A DNA stretch of 64,000 nucleotides from Candidatus Latescibacterota bacterium (lineage in GTDB: Bacteria; Latescibacterota; UBA2968; GCA-2709665), in NCBI GenBank assembly GCA_965208835.1, contig OZ242358.1, forward strand, positions 576,001 through 640,000. Direction: 5' to 3'. This document shows, in pieces, positions 29,957 to 39,504 of the stretch. The translations under genes and the position numbers were made by a program. A model generated the notes under the pieces. The model was not told the DNA's origin, made no database searches, and saw only the letters and a program-made list of their open reading frames with translations. How positions within the stretch are numbered: the first letter of the stretch is position 1; each line of letters opens with the position of its first letter.

Positions 29957-30705
29957 CGGTCTTTCTTTCGCGCAATGAACGCCTCCAGGTTCGCGCGGGC
30001 CTCGTCCGTTCCGAAACAGGCCTCGAACGCTTTCGAGGCCGCGGCGTCCCACCTTGCGTCGCGAGCGGATGATATCCGGTTCAGCAGCGCCCGGGTCTCT
30101 CTCAACGCCGCCGGGGGAAACGACGCAAGACGCAGCGCGAATGTCCTGACCCGGTCTTTCAACGCGTCGTCGGCGACACACTCGTGCACCAGGCCGATTG
30201 CCTTCGCTTCGCCGCCGGTCAACGTTTCGCAGCCCATCGCGATCCACCTCGCGGCCGCGCCGCCAACCACGTCGACCAACCGGCCCAATCCCCAGGGCGG
30301 CGTCCATCCCAGTTCCACTTCCGGCATCCCCAGCCGTGCCGACTCCGATGCGATCCGGAAGTCATGGTACACCGCCAGCCCCACCCCGCCGCCAAGGACG
30401 TGGCCGTGCAGCATCGCGACGGTGGGTTGGGGGATGTCGTCGAGTAGCGCGAAGGCATCGGCATGCACCCGTTCCGCCTCCGTGGCGCGCTCCGGTGTCA
30501 ACGGCGCCAGCTCTTTCAGGTCGCTGCCGGCGCAAAACGCCCGGCCCGCGCCACAGGTGACCACAACCCGCACGTCTTCATTGCCGCGAATCCCTTCGAG
30601 GCGGGCGCCGTACGCGCGCACGCTTTCGAGATCCATCGCATTCAACACCTCGGGCCGGTTCAACGTCAGCCAGGCGATTCCGTCTTCAATCGTCAGGTCG
30701 ATCAT
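29953..30705 (-). CDS. Enoyl-CoA hydratase/isomerase
   Basis: LNRPEVLNA, FCAGSDL, GGGVGLA, GMPEVELG. Confidence 0.92.
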   Translation of the reverse strand: MIDLTIEDGIAWLTLNRPEVLNAMDLESVRAYGARLEGIRGNEDVRVVVTCGAGRAFCAGSDLKELAPLTPERATEAERVHADAFALLDDIPQPTVAMLHGHVLGGGVGLAVYHDFRIASESARLGMPEVELGWTPPWGLGRLVDVVGGAAARWIAMGCETLTGGEAKAIGLVHECVADDALKDRVRTFALRLASFPPAALRETRALLNRISSARDARWDAAASKAFEACFGTDEARANLEAFIARKKDR

Positions 30706-30711
30706 TGCAAT

Positions 30712-31206
30712 CTACGCGTGTTTTTTGGGATAGTCGTACGATACCATCATTCCGAGACCGGCCGTTACGCTCATCCAGGAATCAACATCCAGATCCACGC
30801 AATAGACGGCGCAGGTTGGCATATAAACTGTGGAATCCGATGCAAGGTACCCGGCCAGATCCGAGAAGCCCGGATTGTGGCCCACGATGATCACTTCGCC
30901 GCAGGCGTCCGGGATCTTCCGTACGACGGCAATCAGGTCATACAGGCTCGCCTCGTAGATCGTCATTTCCTCGACGATCTTTCCGGCAGGGAAGTCCAAT
31001 GCCTTCGCGATCTCGCGGGCTGTCTTGACGGCACGTTTTGCGGGACTGGAGACGATCATGTCGGGCTTCGCGCCGCCTTTTTTCAATCGCGCGCCCATAA
31101 ACGGCGCGTCCCGCTTGCCGCGCTTGTTCAACGGGCGATCGAAATCGCCGAGCGCCGGATCGCTCCAACTGGACTTCGCGTGTCGAATCACATATAGCCG
31201 CTTCAT
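30712..31206 (-). CDS. Histidine phosphatase, SixA-like
   Basis: IRHAKS, DRPL..RG, SSPAKRA, VGHNP. Confidence 0.9.
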   Translation of the reverse strand: MKRLYVIRHAKSSWSDPALGDFDRPLNKRGKRDAPFMGARLKKGGAKPDMIVSSPAKRAVKTAREIAKALDFPAGKIVEEMTIYEASLYDLIAVVRKIPDACGEVIIVGHNPGFSDLAGYLASDSTVYMPTCAVYCVDLDVDSWMSVTAGLGMMVSYDYPKKHA

Positions 31207-31226
31207 ACGCTAACGCCTCCAAAACC

Positions 31227-31327
31227 AGGAGAGAGGAGTGAGGAGTGAGGAGAGAGGAGTGAGGAGTGAGGAGAGAGGAGTGAGGAGTGAGGAGAGAGGA
31301 GTGAGTAGAGAGGAGTGAGGAGTGAGT
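31227..31327 (+). repeat. Purine-rich heptamer tandem array (GAGGAGT/GAGGAGA)
   Basis: About 14 heptamers with a 21-bp higher-order period. Confidence 0.9.
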
Positions 31328-31379
31328 AACGATAAGGAGCGGATCGGGAAACGCGAATGGAAAGAGGAGTGAGTGGCCT

Positions 31380-31560
31380 TTGCCTCTCCTTCTCTTTTCT
31401 CACTACTCTTCACTCACTCCTCGACAATTGCCTTCTCTCTCTTCTCACTACTCTTCACTCACTCCTCGACAATTGCCTTCTCTCTTTTCTCACTACTCTT
31501 CACTCACTCCTCGACAATTGCCTTCTCTCTTTTCTCACTACTCTTCACTCACTCCTTGAC
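31380..31560 (+). repeat. 45-bp pyrimidine-rich tandem repeat, about 4 copies
   Basis: Unit CACTACTCTTCACTCACTCCTCGACAATTGCCTTCTCTCTYTTCT starting at 31401, 31446, 31491, 31536. Confidence 0.92.
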
Positions 31561-31919
31561 TTCTTTCCCCTGTTCCTGCGACGCATCGTCGTTAACATCC
31601 GACTCACTTCGTCCAGCAGCGAGCGTAGTGTCTGGGTTTCCTTCGTTGGGAACCAACCCAGATCTTCGCATAGTGTCAGCAAGGTTTCCGTCTCGGCTAG
31701 GGACCCCTGAGCGATTGCCAGAAAATTCGCTTTGTCCTTCGCAGTCTCCCGCGTCCAACCTTCCGCGATGTTCGCTGGAATCGAGACTACCGAGCGCGTG
31801 ATCTGAGAGCGCATTCCGTATGTCTCTTCCTGAGGTAGCCGTGGCGTCAGACGATACACTTCACGTGCTGCCTTCATCGCCTTCCGCCACAGAATCGTCT
31901 CTCGATAGTGCATGCTCAA
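31545..31919 (-). CDS. Four-helix-bundle protein (23S rRNA IVP/S23-like family)
   Basis: W.KAM.....VY.LT..LP.EE.YG.RSQI.RS.VSIPANIAEG..R....FL.IA.GSL.ET.T.L. Confidence 0.92.
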   Translation of the reverse strand: MSMHYRETILWRKAMKAAREVYRLTPRLPQEETYGMRSQITRSVVSIPANIAEGWTRETAKDKANFLAIAQGSLAETETLLTLCEDLGWFPTKETQTLRSLLDEVSRMLTTMRRRNRGKKSRSE

Positions 31920-31929
31920 CTCCTTCCCC

Positions 31930-32345
31930 CTCCTGCCTCGACTTTCCCCCTATCTTTTCTCACTTCTCTCCGCTCTCTCCTCGACTATTGCCTTTTCTCT
32001 CTTTCCTCACTTCTCTTCACTCTCTCCTCGACTATTGCCTTTTCTCTCTTTTCTCACTTCTCTTCACTCTCTCCTCGACTACTGCCTTCTCTCTCTTCTC
32101 ACTACTCTCCACTCTCTCCTCGACTATTGCCTTCTCTCTCTTCTCACTACTCTCCACTCTCTCCTCGACTTTCGCCTTCTCTCTTTTCTCACTTCTCTTC
32201 ACTCTCTCCTCGACTTTCGCCTTCTCTCTTTTCTCACTGCTCTCCACTCTCTCCTCGACTTTCGCCTTCTCTCTCTTCTCACTACTCTCCACTCTCTCCT
32301 CGACTACTGCCTTCTCTCTCTTCTCACTACTCTTCACTCTTTCCT
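31930..32345 (+). repeat. 45-bp (43-47) pyrimidine-rich tandem repeat, about 9 copies
   Basis: CCTCGAC anchors at 31936, 31979, 32026, 32073, 32118, 32163, 32208, 32253, 32298. Confidence 0.92.
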
Positions 32346-33241
32346 CTGCTTTTCTCCGGGTCGCCTGCGGGTCCGGCCGCATCCCAGATCAGACGCGGGC
32401 CGCCGGCAAGCCCCCGAATATGCCCGTTCTCCCTTTCCCGCGGGTATCCCAGACAATGGGAAACATAGGTTACGCCTTCAATCTCGCGAAACCGGTTGCG
32501 ATGCTGATGGCCGTAAATATGAATGGTCGATCCAAGTCGGCGAATCTGCGCATCCAGGCCCCGGCAACCCGCCACACGGCTGAAGTTGAACGCCGGATGG
32601 GGATCTCCGGGCGATTTTCCCCACCGCAGCGGCGCGGGTATGCCGAATATCAGTTCCCTTCTCGGCAGGAAGTGGCTGAACGAGATCACCGGCGCTTCGT
32701 ACGTCCCTGATACGTTCCTCTCATTCGCGCCGAGGAAAAACTCCGCGGGCGGCCGCGCGGTTTCGGGCCACCTGACGAAGTGGTCATCGCTCCACATTGA
32801 CAGGGTCTCGTCTTCGCCCGCCTTGGGCGTGAACAAGCTGTCGGGACCCTCCTCGGGTTTCAGATACCACGAAAAGAGAGGGACAATCCATACGCTCTTC
32901 CGGTTTCCGACCCTGCCGGGACGCGTCCTGACGTCGATTCGATCGCAAAGGGAAAGCACCTGGTCGAATTTGCCCAGAGAGCCGCGCGGCAGCCCCTCTC
33001 TCCGAACCCACAACTCATGGTTTCCCGGCACAAAAAACACGTCTGCGAACCTGGAGCGTACACTGGCCAGCGTCCTCTCCAGCCGGTCCATCCGGTCGCT
33101 CACGTCGCCGGCCAGAATCAACACGTCCCGCTGGAAGTCGGACTCCGACAGCGAATTCATCCAGGCCTGATTCAGCGCGGAGTCCACGTGGACATCCGAC
33201 AGCGCGAAGATGCGCGCCGTATCTTTTTCGTTTTTGCTCAT
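32327..33241 (-). CDS. Metallophosphoesterase
   Basis: SDVH, LAGD, PGNHE, SHFLP, GHQH. Confidence 0.9.
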   Translation of the reverse strand: MSKNEKDTARIFALSDVHVDSALNQAWMNSLSESDFQRDVLILAGDVSDRMDRLERTLASVRSRFADVFFVPGNHELWVRREGLPRGSLGKFDQVLSLCDRIDVRTRPGRVGNRKSVWIVPLFSWYLKPEEGPDSLFTPKAGEDETLSMWSDDHFVRWPETARPPAEFFLGANERNVSGTYEAPVISFSHFLPRRELIFGIPAPLRWGKSPGDPHPAFNFSRVAGCRGLDAQIRRLGSTIHIYGHQHRNRFREIEGVTYVSHCLGYPRERENGHIRGLAGGPRLIWDAAGPAGDPEKSRGKSEE

Positions 33242-33319
33242 GTCCTGTCAATCGGTCCGCGCAAAGAAAACGGTCCCCGCCCACCGGCGCCGGCGGGTTC
33301 TACGGCGAAATTGGCGACC

Positions 33320-33952
33320 TTACTGCCTCGTCACCCGGCATACCGACCGGGACGCGGCGTCACAGTACCAGAACGCCCCGTTCCACATCGTCATCCCGTG
33401 CGGCTCGGGGTACTCCGTCGGAATATCGATTTTTTCCAGAATCGATCCATCCGCGGTATTCAAGCGGTAGATCGCGCGGTGATCGGTCTCGACGCACCAG
33501 AGGTCCCGGCCCTCCCAGGCGATACCGTGCGGACGGTCCCCTGGCGCGGGGATCGCATGTACCACGTTGAAGCCGTTCTCCAGTTTCACCTGGTATATCG
33601 TTGCCGAGGGTGGCACCGCCATCCAGAGGCATCCATCGCGCATCTCCAGTCCGTGGGCGCCCGTTGCCACGGCGCCGGGCGTGTCGAACCGTTCCAGGGT
33701 CACGCCCGTTTCACGATCCACGCGGAGAATTTTACTGTCATACGTGGAGGCCAGCCAGAGTTCTGAACCCACAGCCGTAATCCCGCTCCCCCGGTCCGAC
33801 GCCGTATCCAGCGTTTGCAGGGTTTCACCGGTGAATGAAACCAGAGCTGCCTGGTTCGATTTCTGGTCCAGAAACCAGATTCCGTCCGCCGTGGCCTGCA
33901 TGCCGTTCGGCTGCGGCCCCGGCGCGTTGAATTCGTGCGTGATTTCAATCAT
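33320..33952 (-). CDS. Beta-propeller protein (glutaminyl cyclase/Vgb-like repeats)
   Basis: Repeated P-[HN]-G-[ILM]...W blades (QPNGM, AHGLE, RPHGIAW, EPHGMT). Confidence 0.7.
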   Translation of the reverse strand: MIEITHEFNAPGPQPNGMQATADGIWFLDQKSNQAALVSFTGETLQTLDTASDRGSGITAVGSELWLASTYDSKILRVDRETGVTLERFDTPGAVATGAHGLEMRDGCLWMAVPPSATIYQVKLENGFNVVHAIPAPGDRPHGIAWEGRDLWCVETDHRAIYRLNTADGSILEKIDIPTEYPEPHGMTMWNGAFWYCDAASRSVCRVTRQ

Positions 33953-34006
33953 TCGAATGCTCCCGGTTACACGGATTCCCGCGAATTCGACCGGTTGCCG
34001 GCCGGA

Positions 34007-34828
34007 TTACGCCACCCTTGTTTGCGACATATTCATCAGTCCGATGATGCTGCCGGGGTGCTCGTCGCGGGTGCTGAATCCGGGTGAATCGCCGCGCTTG
34101 CGGTAACGTGCGGTGCGTATGTACGGCGGCATCATTTCAGGATATCGGAAAGACGAAGGTTCCCGCTTCAGCTTTTCGATCGCGTTCAATGCGCCTTCCC
34201 GTATGAGCGCGCGGGACCGCGCCGGCGCGAGATTGACCGCGCTCAGCTTGGCGCGGCTGTAGGCGTCCGCGTCCAGGTCTTCAAGCCCGTCGGGAAGCAG
34301 CCCGCGTTTCACGCCAACGGTGACCACGCCGGGTGTGAGCGCCTCGGCCTCGGCGGCGAAGGCTTCCTCTCCCGCCGCGAAAATCGCCGGCACCCCGAGT
34401 TCCATCGCGCACAGCACCAGTTGCCCGTATTCTCCAATGGAAATCCCGTTGATCGCATAGTCCACGCAAGCGAAACTCCCCGTGTGGGTCAGATGCGACC
34501 ACGGCGTTCCGGCCTTCGCGTGCTGCCCCACGTATGCCACCCCGTGGTAAGACCCGTCCAGGCTCCAGGGCCAGATCGGCGCCGCGTGGCCACGCATCAG
34601 TTGCGCGCGCTCGTCCAAGAGTTCCGGATCCATGGCGCCGTGCCCGTGCCCGTCGACCACCAGGATCTCTTCCGCGCCGCCTTCGCTGAACCCGTCCACC
34701 GCGGCGTTGACTTCCAGCGTCAGCAGCCTCTTCGCCTTATCGTAATACATCGCGCCCGGAACGCACCAGTCCTCGAAATTCAGAATGCCGGCCACGCCTT
34801 CCAGGTCCGTCATCATCATCAGCTTCAT
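34007..34828 (-). CDS. M55 D-aminopeptidase (DppA family)
   Basis: TDLEG, EVNAAV, VDGHG, GQHA, HT motifs. Confidence 0.88.
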   Translation of the reverse strand: MKLMMMTDLEGVAGILNFEDWCVPGAMYYDKAKRLLTLEVNAAVDGFSEGGAEEILVVDGHGHGAMDPELLDERAQLMRGHAAPIWPWSLDGSYHGVAYVGQHAKAGTPWSHLTHTGSFACVDYAINGISIGEYGQLVLCAMELGVPAIFAAGEEAFAAEAEALTPGVVTVGVKRGLLPDGLEDLDADAYSRAKLSAVNLAPARSRALIREGALNAIEKLKREPSSFRYPEMMPPYIRTARYRKRGDSPGFSTRDEHPGSIIGLMNMSQTRVA

Positions 34829-34868
34829 CGTCCATCTCCCGTCATTAAACGATCTTCGGCTCGTGAGT

Positions 34869-36062
34869 CTATGACTCGCGCCCGACCCAGAGGTCGTTGA
34901 AGCCCGTCACGGGCCCGTCGTCGTTCGGGCCGCTGGCCAGGTCCAGTCCACCGAACAGGTACACCGAGTCATCCAGGGCTGCCATGCCCGGCACGCGCCG
35001 GACGCCCGGATGAGCCGCGGACTCCGAATAGTCCTTCGAGCCGTCGTGCGCCTGCAGGCAGGTCCAGTCGCCAGTGCCAAGATTCAGGCGCCAGAGATCG
35101 TTCATTTGCGGTCCGTTCACTTCCTCCGGCATGAAGGTTTCCCGGGGCCCGAACCCGCCGAAAACATACCATTGGTCCCCGATCCTTGCCGAACCCTGGC
35201 CGTACCTGGCTGAAGGCCGGTTCACCGCCCCGAAGTCATTTTCCGCGAGGCAGGTCCATCCGCGCGTGGCCGGATCGAAGCACCACAGGTCGTTATAGAA
35301 CTGCGGATCCCGATCCTGCGTGTCTCTCCCCGCCCAGACATATATCCGGTCCTCCCAGGCTGTCATCGACATGACGTACCGTTTCGGCGGGACAGCCGCG
35401 CCTTCCGCCGGTTCGATCCGGTCCCAGGTCCCGGTCCGGGTATCATAGATCCAGAGTTGTCTGCTCAGCACCGCGGTTTCGACGGTCGGGGGAAGCGGCG
35501 CCCGGTGGCCCCAACCGCCAAAGAGATAGATCCTGGCACCGATAACGGCCGTGCCGAACCCGCCCATCGTCGCCGGTCGACCGCACCCGGCAAAATCGGG
35601 ATGTTCCAGCAACACGCCGTCATCCGGCTCCAGCAGCGTCCAGCGCCCATCCACGGGTTCGTACATCCACAGATCGTTCAGAAGCGTGAACTTCCAGCCC
35701 TCGCTCAGGATCGACAACCCGCCAAACAGGTAGAACCGGTCGTCTATTTCAACCCACGCGGGCAGCATGCGAGCGCACGGTCTTTCTGCCGGGACGTCGA
35801 ACCCGGCAGCGCCGTCGTTCGCTTCCAGCAGGTTCCATGCCTCGAGCGACGGATCGTACACCCACAGGTCGTTCAATGCGCCCAGCGTGGACTTGTTTCC
35901 CTGTCCGGAGGAGGCGCCGTATCGGAGGGTACCGCCGCCGAACATATAGATGCGTCCTCGGTAGGGCAGCAGCGCTCCCGGCGCCTCTCTTGCACAGGGC
36001 ACGTCGGCGCCTGTCGAGTCGACTTCGGGATGGCAGAGGCGCCAGTTGAATCGGGGCGTCAT
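34869..36062 (-). CDS. Kelch-repeat protein
   Basis: Six Y.FGG...NDLW.YDP...W repeats. Confidence 0.9.
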   Translation of the reverse strand: MTPRFNWRLCHPEVDSTGADVPCAREAPGALLPYRGRIYMFGGGTLRYGASSGQGNKSTLGALNDLWVYDPSLEAWNLLEANDGAAGFDVPAERPCARMLPAWVEIDDRFYLFGGLSILSEGWKFTLLNDLWMYEPVDGRWTLLEPDDGVLLEHPDFAGCGRPATMGGFGTAVIGARIYLFGGWGHRAPLPPTVETAVLSRQLWIYDTRTGTWDRIEPAEGAAVPPKRYVMSMTAWEDRIYVWAGRDTQDRDPQFYNDLWCFDPATRGWTCLAENDFGAVNRPSARYGQGSARIGDQWYVFGGFGPRETFMPEEVNGPQMNDLWRLNLGTGDWTCLQAHDGSKDYSESAAHPGVRRVPGMAALDDSVYLFGGLDLASGPNDDGPVTGFNDLWVGRES

Positions 36063-36104
36063 TTGACTCTCACACAGCCTTTCGCCGCATATCCAGTCGC
36101 GCGT

Positions 36105-37805
36105 TCAGGGAAGAACAGGCAGGACCAGGCGCGAAGGATATTCCCTGGAATGATGTACCTCCTGTATCGCCGCCACGAGTTCCGTTTCCGCCAGGTCGTT
36201 CCCGCCCGTGTTGTGATTCCTGTCGTGGTTCGGAAAATCGCTGCTGGTGATTTCGAGGCGTATCCTGTGGCCCGCGAGAAACCTGCAGGCCGTCGGCGTC
36301 ATGCGGATGCGGTATTCGGTCACCGCTTCCGGCGTGATGAAGTCCTCCTCGTCCAGCGAATGGCGGTGGCGCGCGCGGACCATTCCGTATGCGACGTCCA
36401 TTGCCGGACCGCCGGGATCTTCATCCACGAGACGGACGAAAAAATCGGTATCCGCCGCCGAAGTCGCCGCGTAGAGAACGACTTCGGGATAGCCCACGGT
36501 CTCCACGTCGGTCTCCAGAATCGGCGTGCGGAAAATCAGGATATCCGGGCGATAATCGAGCCGCCTTCTGTCCGACGGTTCGGTGAAAAGGGCGGTTGAC
36601 CAGAGCGTGGGTACGGGGTCGTTCGGATCGTACACGTACGAATCAGGGCTCTCGCCGGCGGGTTGGGCGTCCAGCAGACGGCCGGACCCCGCGGGCAGGT
36701 GCGCATCGCCGTCGCTGTCCAGAAAGTAGACCGCCCGCTTCGTTCCTTCCGGCGGCCAGGTCGACGCGGACTTCCAGGCGCCGGACCCCATCACGAAGTA
36801 CCGCACGGCCGGATCCCGGTCCACCCCGTTGTCATCGCCCTTGAGCCAGCGGTCGAACCAGCGGATCATCGCATCCTGAAGGTTCAATTTGGCCGCCGGC
36901 CCGAAATCGACGGGCCCCTGTTTCCGGCCGCCCAGGTTGTTGTGGTTCCACGGTCCGATCACGAGCCGGGTCTGCGTCCTTGCGTTTTCCGTCCGTCCGT
37001 GTTTCTGCATCAGCCCGAGATGGGCCATCGTGCCCCCGCAATGGTCGTACCAGCCGCTGAAATCCAGGTTCGGAACCTCCACGTCGCGGTGGATTTCGTC
37101 GAATTTCCAGCACCGGCGGTTCGGGTGCCGCAACCAGTCCTCGACGTAACCGGCGAGTCCCTCGGGCAGGTAGCGCGGCAGATCCAGCCACGGCATGAAA
37201 TACAGCCATCGCATACGCTCAACGTCTTCCCATATTTCCACCGCGTCGTCCCTGTGGTGGGGACCCGGAGCGCCCTCCCTCCGCCGTATATCGGGCGCCA
37301 TGGTTCCCATCCACCACTTGACGCGACGCGCGGGTCGAAAGGACCCCCACCAGTCCACTTCCGTATTCTCGAGCGGAATCGACCAGGCGCACATCGCGAC
37401 CAGGTGCGGCGGCCGCAACCGGGCCAGCATCCACTGCATCCAGGCGTTGTAGGAACCGCCGAACGTGCCGACCTTCCCGTTGCAATACGGCTGCCGCGCC
37501 AGCCACTCGACGCTTTCGTATCCGTCCTGCGCATCGGGCGTTCCGCTCTCGACCGTATACGGGATATACGTTCCTTCAGAAGCATAGCGACCGCGTGAAT
37601 CCTGGGTGACCACGGCGTATCCGGACCGCACCACCCGCTGGAATCCGCCGTTCGGCTTTCCGTACGGGGTGCGCATCAACAGTCCGGGATACCGCCCGGT
37701 TCCCGCCGGCCGGAACACGTTCGCGCGCAACACCACGCCGTCGGACATCGGTACGGCGACGTCATTGTCCACGACGATCTCCGGTGCGTCCTCTTTCCCA
37801 CTCAT
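36105..37805 (-). CDS. CocE/NonD (peptidase S15) hydrolase
   Basis: RTPY, QDSRGR..SEG, GGSY, GWYD, IGPWNH, ITSSDFP. Confidence 0.93.
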   Translation of the reverse strand: MSGKEDAPEIVVDNDVAVPMSDGVVLRANVFRPAGTGRYPGLLMRTPYGKPNGGFQRVVRSGYAVVTQDSRGRYASEGTYIPYTVESGTPDAQDGYESVEWLARQPYCNGKVGTFGGSYNAWMQWMLARLRPPHLVAMCAWSIPLENTEVDWWGSFRPARRVKWWMGTMAPDIRRREGAPGPHHRDDAVEIWEDVERMRWLYFMPWLDLPRYLPEGLAGYVEDWLRHPNRRCWKFDEIHRDVEVPNLDFSGWYDHCGGTMAHLGLMQKHGRTENARTQTRLVIGPWNHNNLGGRKQGPVDFGPAAKLNLQDAMIRWFDRWLKGDDNGVDRDPAVRYFVMGSGAWKSASTWPPEGTKRAVYFLDSDGDAHLPAGSGRLLDAQPAGESPDSYVYDPNDPVPTLWSTALFTEPSDRRRLDYRPDILIFRTPILETDVETVGYPEVVLYAATSAADTDFFVRLVDEDPGGPAMDVAYGMVRARHRHSLDEEDFITPEAVTEYRIRMTPTACRFLAGHRIRLEITSSDFPNHDRNHNTGGNDLAETELVAAIQEVHHSREYPSRLVLPVLP

Positions 37806-37847
37806 GCCGTTCCTTCCGACAGCCCGGCTGTTGCCGAAACGCGGCTT

Positions 37848-39407
37848 TCAGATTCGCTTGATTATATTTCGAAATCCGTTCACGGCGTCCAGGAATCCCG
37901 TAGCGCCCGGCAGCGGCCACAGGCAGAAGACCCCGTCGAAACTTCGACACCTGAGATTGGAGAGAATCTCCACGAGTTCCGCGTTGCCTTCGCCGGAAAT
38001 CGCCGGCGCCCCGCTTTCCGCGACGACGTCCCTGAAGTCGACGTGCCTGACGGACCGCCGGATCGGGCCTTTATAGAGTCCCATATAGAACGGGCTTCCG
38101 CCCGATACCGCCACGGCGGCCGGATCGTATGCCATGTTTACTCTGTCCGACCGGATCTCTCTCAATCCTTCCGCGATATCCGACGGGTTCACTCCGGCGG
38201 GATTTCCCACGAGTACGTTGACTCCGTTGTCATCGGCGACCCGGGCGAGCCGTTCAAGCGAATCGTCCAGGTCCACCCGCTCGACGTCGTCTGCCAGATG
38301 GACGTGAAGGTACCCTGCATCGAGACCCGCTGCAATTGTACAAGCCTCCGCCAGAGCGCCGGAAGACGCGAACGGCGTGCGCAATACCACGACTTCGAGG
38401 TCCCGATCTTCCATGCGAACACGAAGGTCGTCGACATCGACCAGGTGATTCCTGTGCAGTTCGACCGATGAAACCCCCGCCTTTGCGACCAGGTCCAGCG
38501 CTTTTCCGGTATCTGCACCCACCGCCCACAGCGGCGTGCTCAGACTGAAATCCTCTTCCTCCAGCACGGACTTCAGGGGTTCCCCGGATGCGGCCGGCGC
38601 GCCGCGCCGGATCGCGGGAGGGCCGGCGGAGGATCTCGCGATTTTCTCCCTGTATCCCACGCAGTCCGCGCAATGCGGATTTTCGTCCAGCGCAAAGCCG
38701 GGGTCGTGCGACATCTCGCGCCGCATAATGGCCGCACCCCTGGGAGCGTCGATCAGGCGGCAAACCGCCGGCCCGATCGTATCCACCTCCATGGCGCCCT
38801 CCGCCCTGAACAGCCGATCGAACTTCAACACGCCCCCGCGATGCCCGCCCGGACAGCGGCGAATCGTCATCGCGCGGACCTCGCCGTTTTCGCCCACATA
38901 TTTCATATCCAATTCACGGAGATAGGGCAGGTCCAGTTCCGCCTCCACCGTGTGCAGCAGCGTCATCGTATCCAGGTCGCATCCGATGTGAAGCACCTTT
39001 CCGCCGAGGGTGATCAGGCGGCCATAGGGCGTCTCCGGCCCGTCCGGCACAGCGCTTTCTTCGTGATCGGAGAGGATCTCCTCCGCCCTCGCACCGTACC
39101 CGGCCACCGGATGATACGGATGCCGGCTGCGCAGCACGCCCGGCCGCAATCGGAACGTTTCGCTGATGACGCCCATGTCCGAAGGGATCGTGTCCGGATC
39201 GAACGTGCGTCCGTCGCGGGCCGGATGGGTGGGCATCATCAGGGTTCCCTCGGGACCCACGGCTTCGATGAGTGCGTCGATCACCGCGTTAGCGCCGCCC
39301 GATACGGGTCCCAGGCTGCTCAGTGACGAATGGACCACTACAATCGCGCCGGGCTGCAATCCCAGCGCCAACAACCCCTCTTCGATTTCGCGTTGAGTCA
39401 ACATCAC
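37848..39407 (-). CDS. AAC(3)/YokD-family acetyltransferase fused to xylose-isomerase-like TIM barrel
   Basis: VHSSLSSLG, TLMMPT, RSRHP, LHTVE; C-terminal YDPA...HVDFRD...GEG...FDGV. Confidence 0.8.
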   Translation of the reverse strand: MMLTQREIEEGLLALGLQPGAIVVVHSSLSSLGPVSGGANAVIDALIEAVGPEGTLMMPTHPARDGRTFDPDTIPSDMGVISETFRLRPGVLRSRHPYHPVAGYGARAEEILSDHEESAVPDGPETPYGRLITLGGKVLHIGCDLDTMTLLHTVEAELDLPYLRELDMKYVGENGEVRAMTIRRCPGGHRGGVLKFDRLFRAEGAMEVDTIGPAVCRLIDAPRGAAIMRREMSHDPGFALDENPHCADCVGYREKIARSSAGPPAIRRGAPAASGEPLKSVLEEEDFSLSTPLWAVGADTGKALDLVAKAGVSSVELHRNHLVDVDDLRVRMEDRDLEVVVLRTPFASSGALAEACTIAAGLDAGYLHVHLADDVERVDLDDSLERLARVADDNGVNVLVGNPAGVNPSDIAEGLREIRSDRVNMAYDPAAVAVSGGSPFYMGLYKGPIRRSVRHVDFRDVVAESGAPAISGEGNAELVEILSNLRCRSFDGVFCLWPLPGATGFLDAVNGFRNIIKRI

Positions 39408-39504
39408 AGCTGTCCAGGAAAATTTGGTAACGATGATTCCGGACAGGCAAGCCCTTTTGTGTTTTTGTGCCTTTTGTGGTAATTGCCTTTTGGCGGCCCT
39501 GTAC

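Noticed and set aside
31545-31919. 23S rRNA intervening sequence
   Set aside because: Flanks are protein genes and repeats, not rRNA
31380-32345. CRISPR array
   Set aside because: Units are contiguous with no unique spacers; no cas genes in the window
31203-32710. Low-complexity ORFs (SLLSPH, FSLLFTLSST, EERVESSEKREKA repeats)
   Set aside because: By-products of stop-poor tandem repeats that are open in several frames
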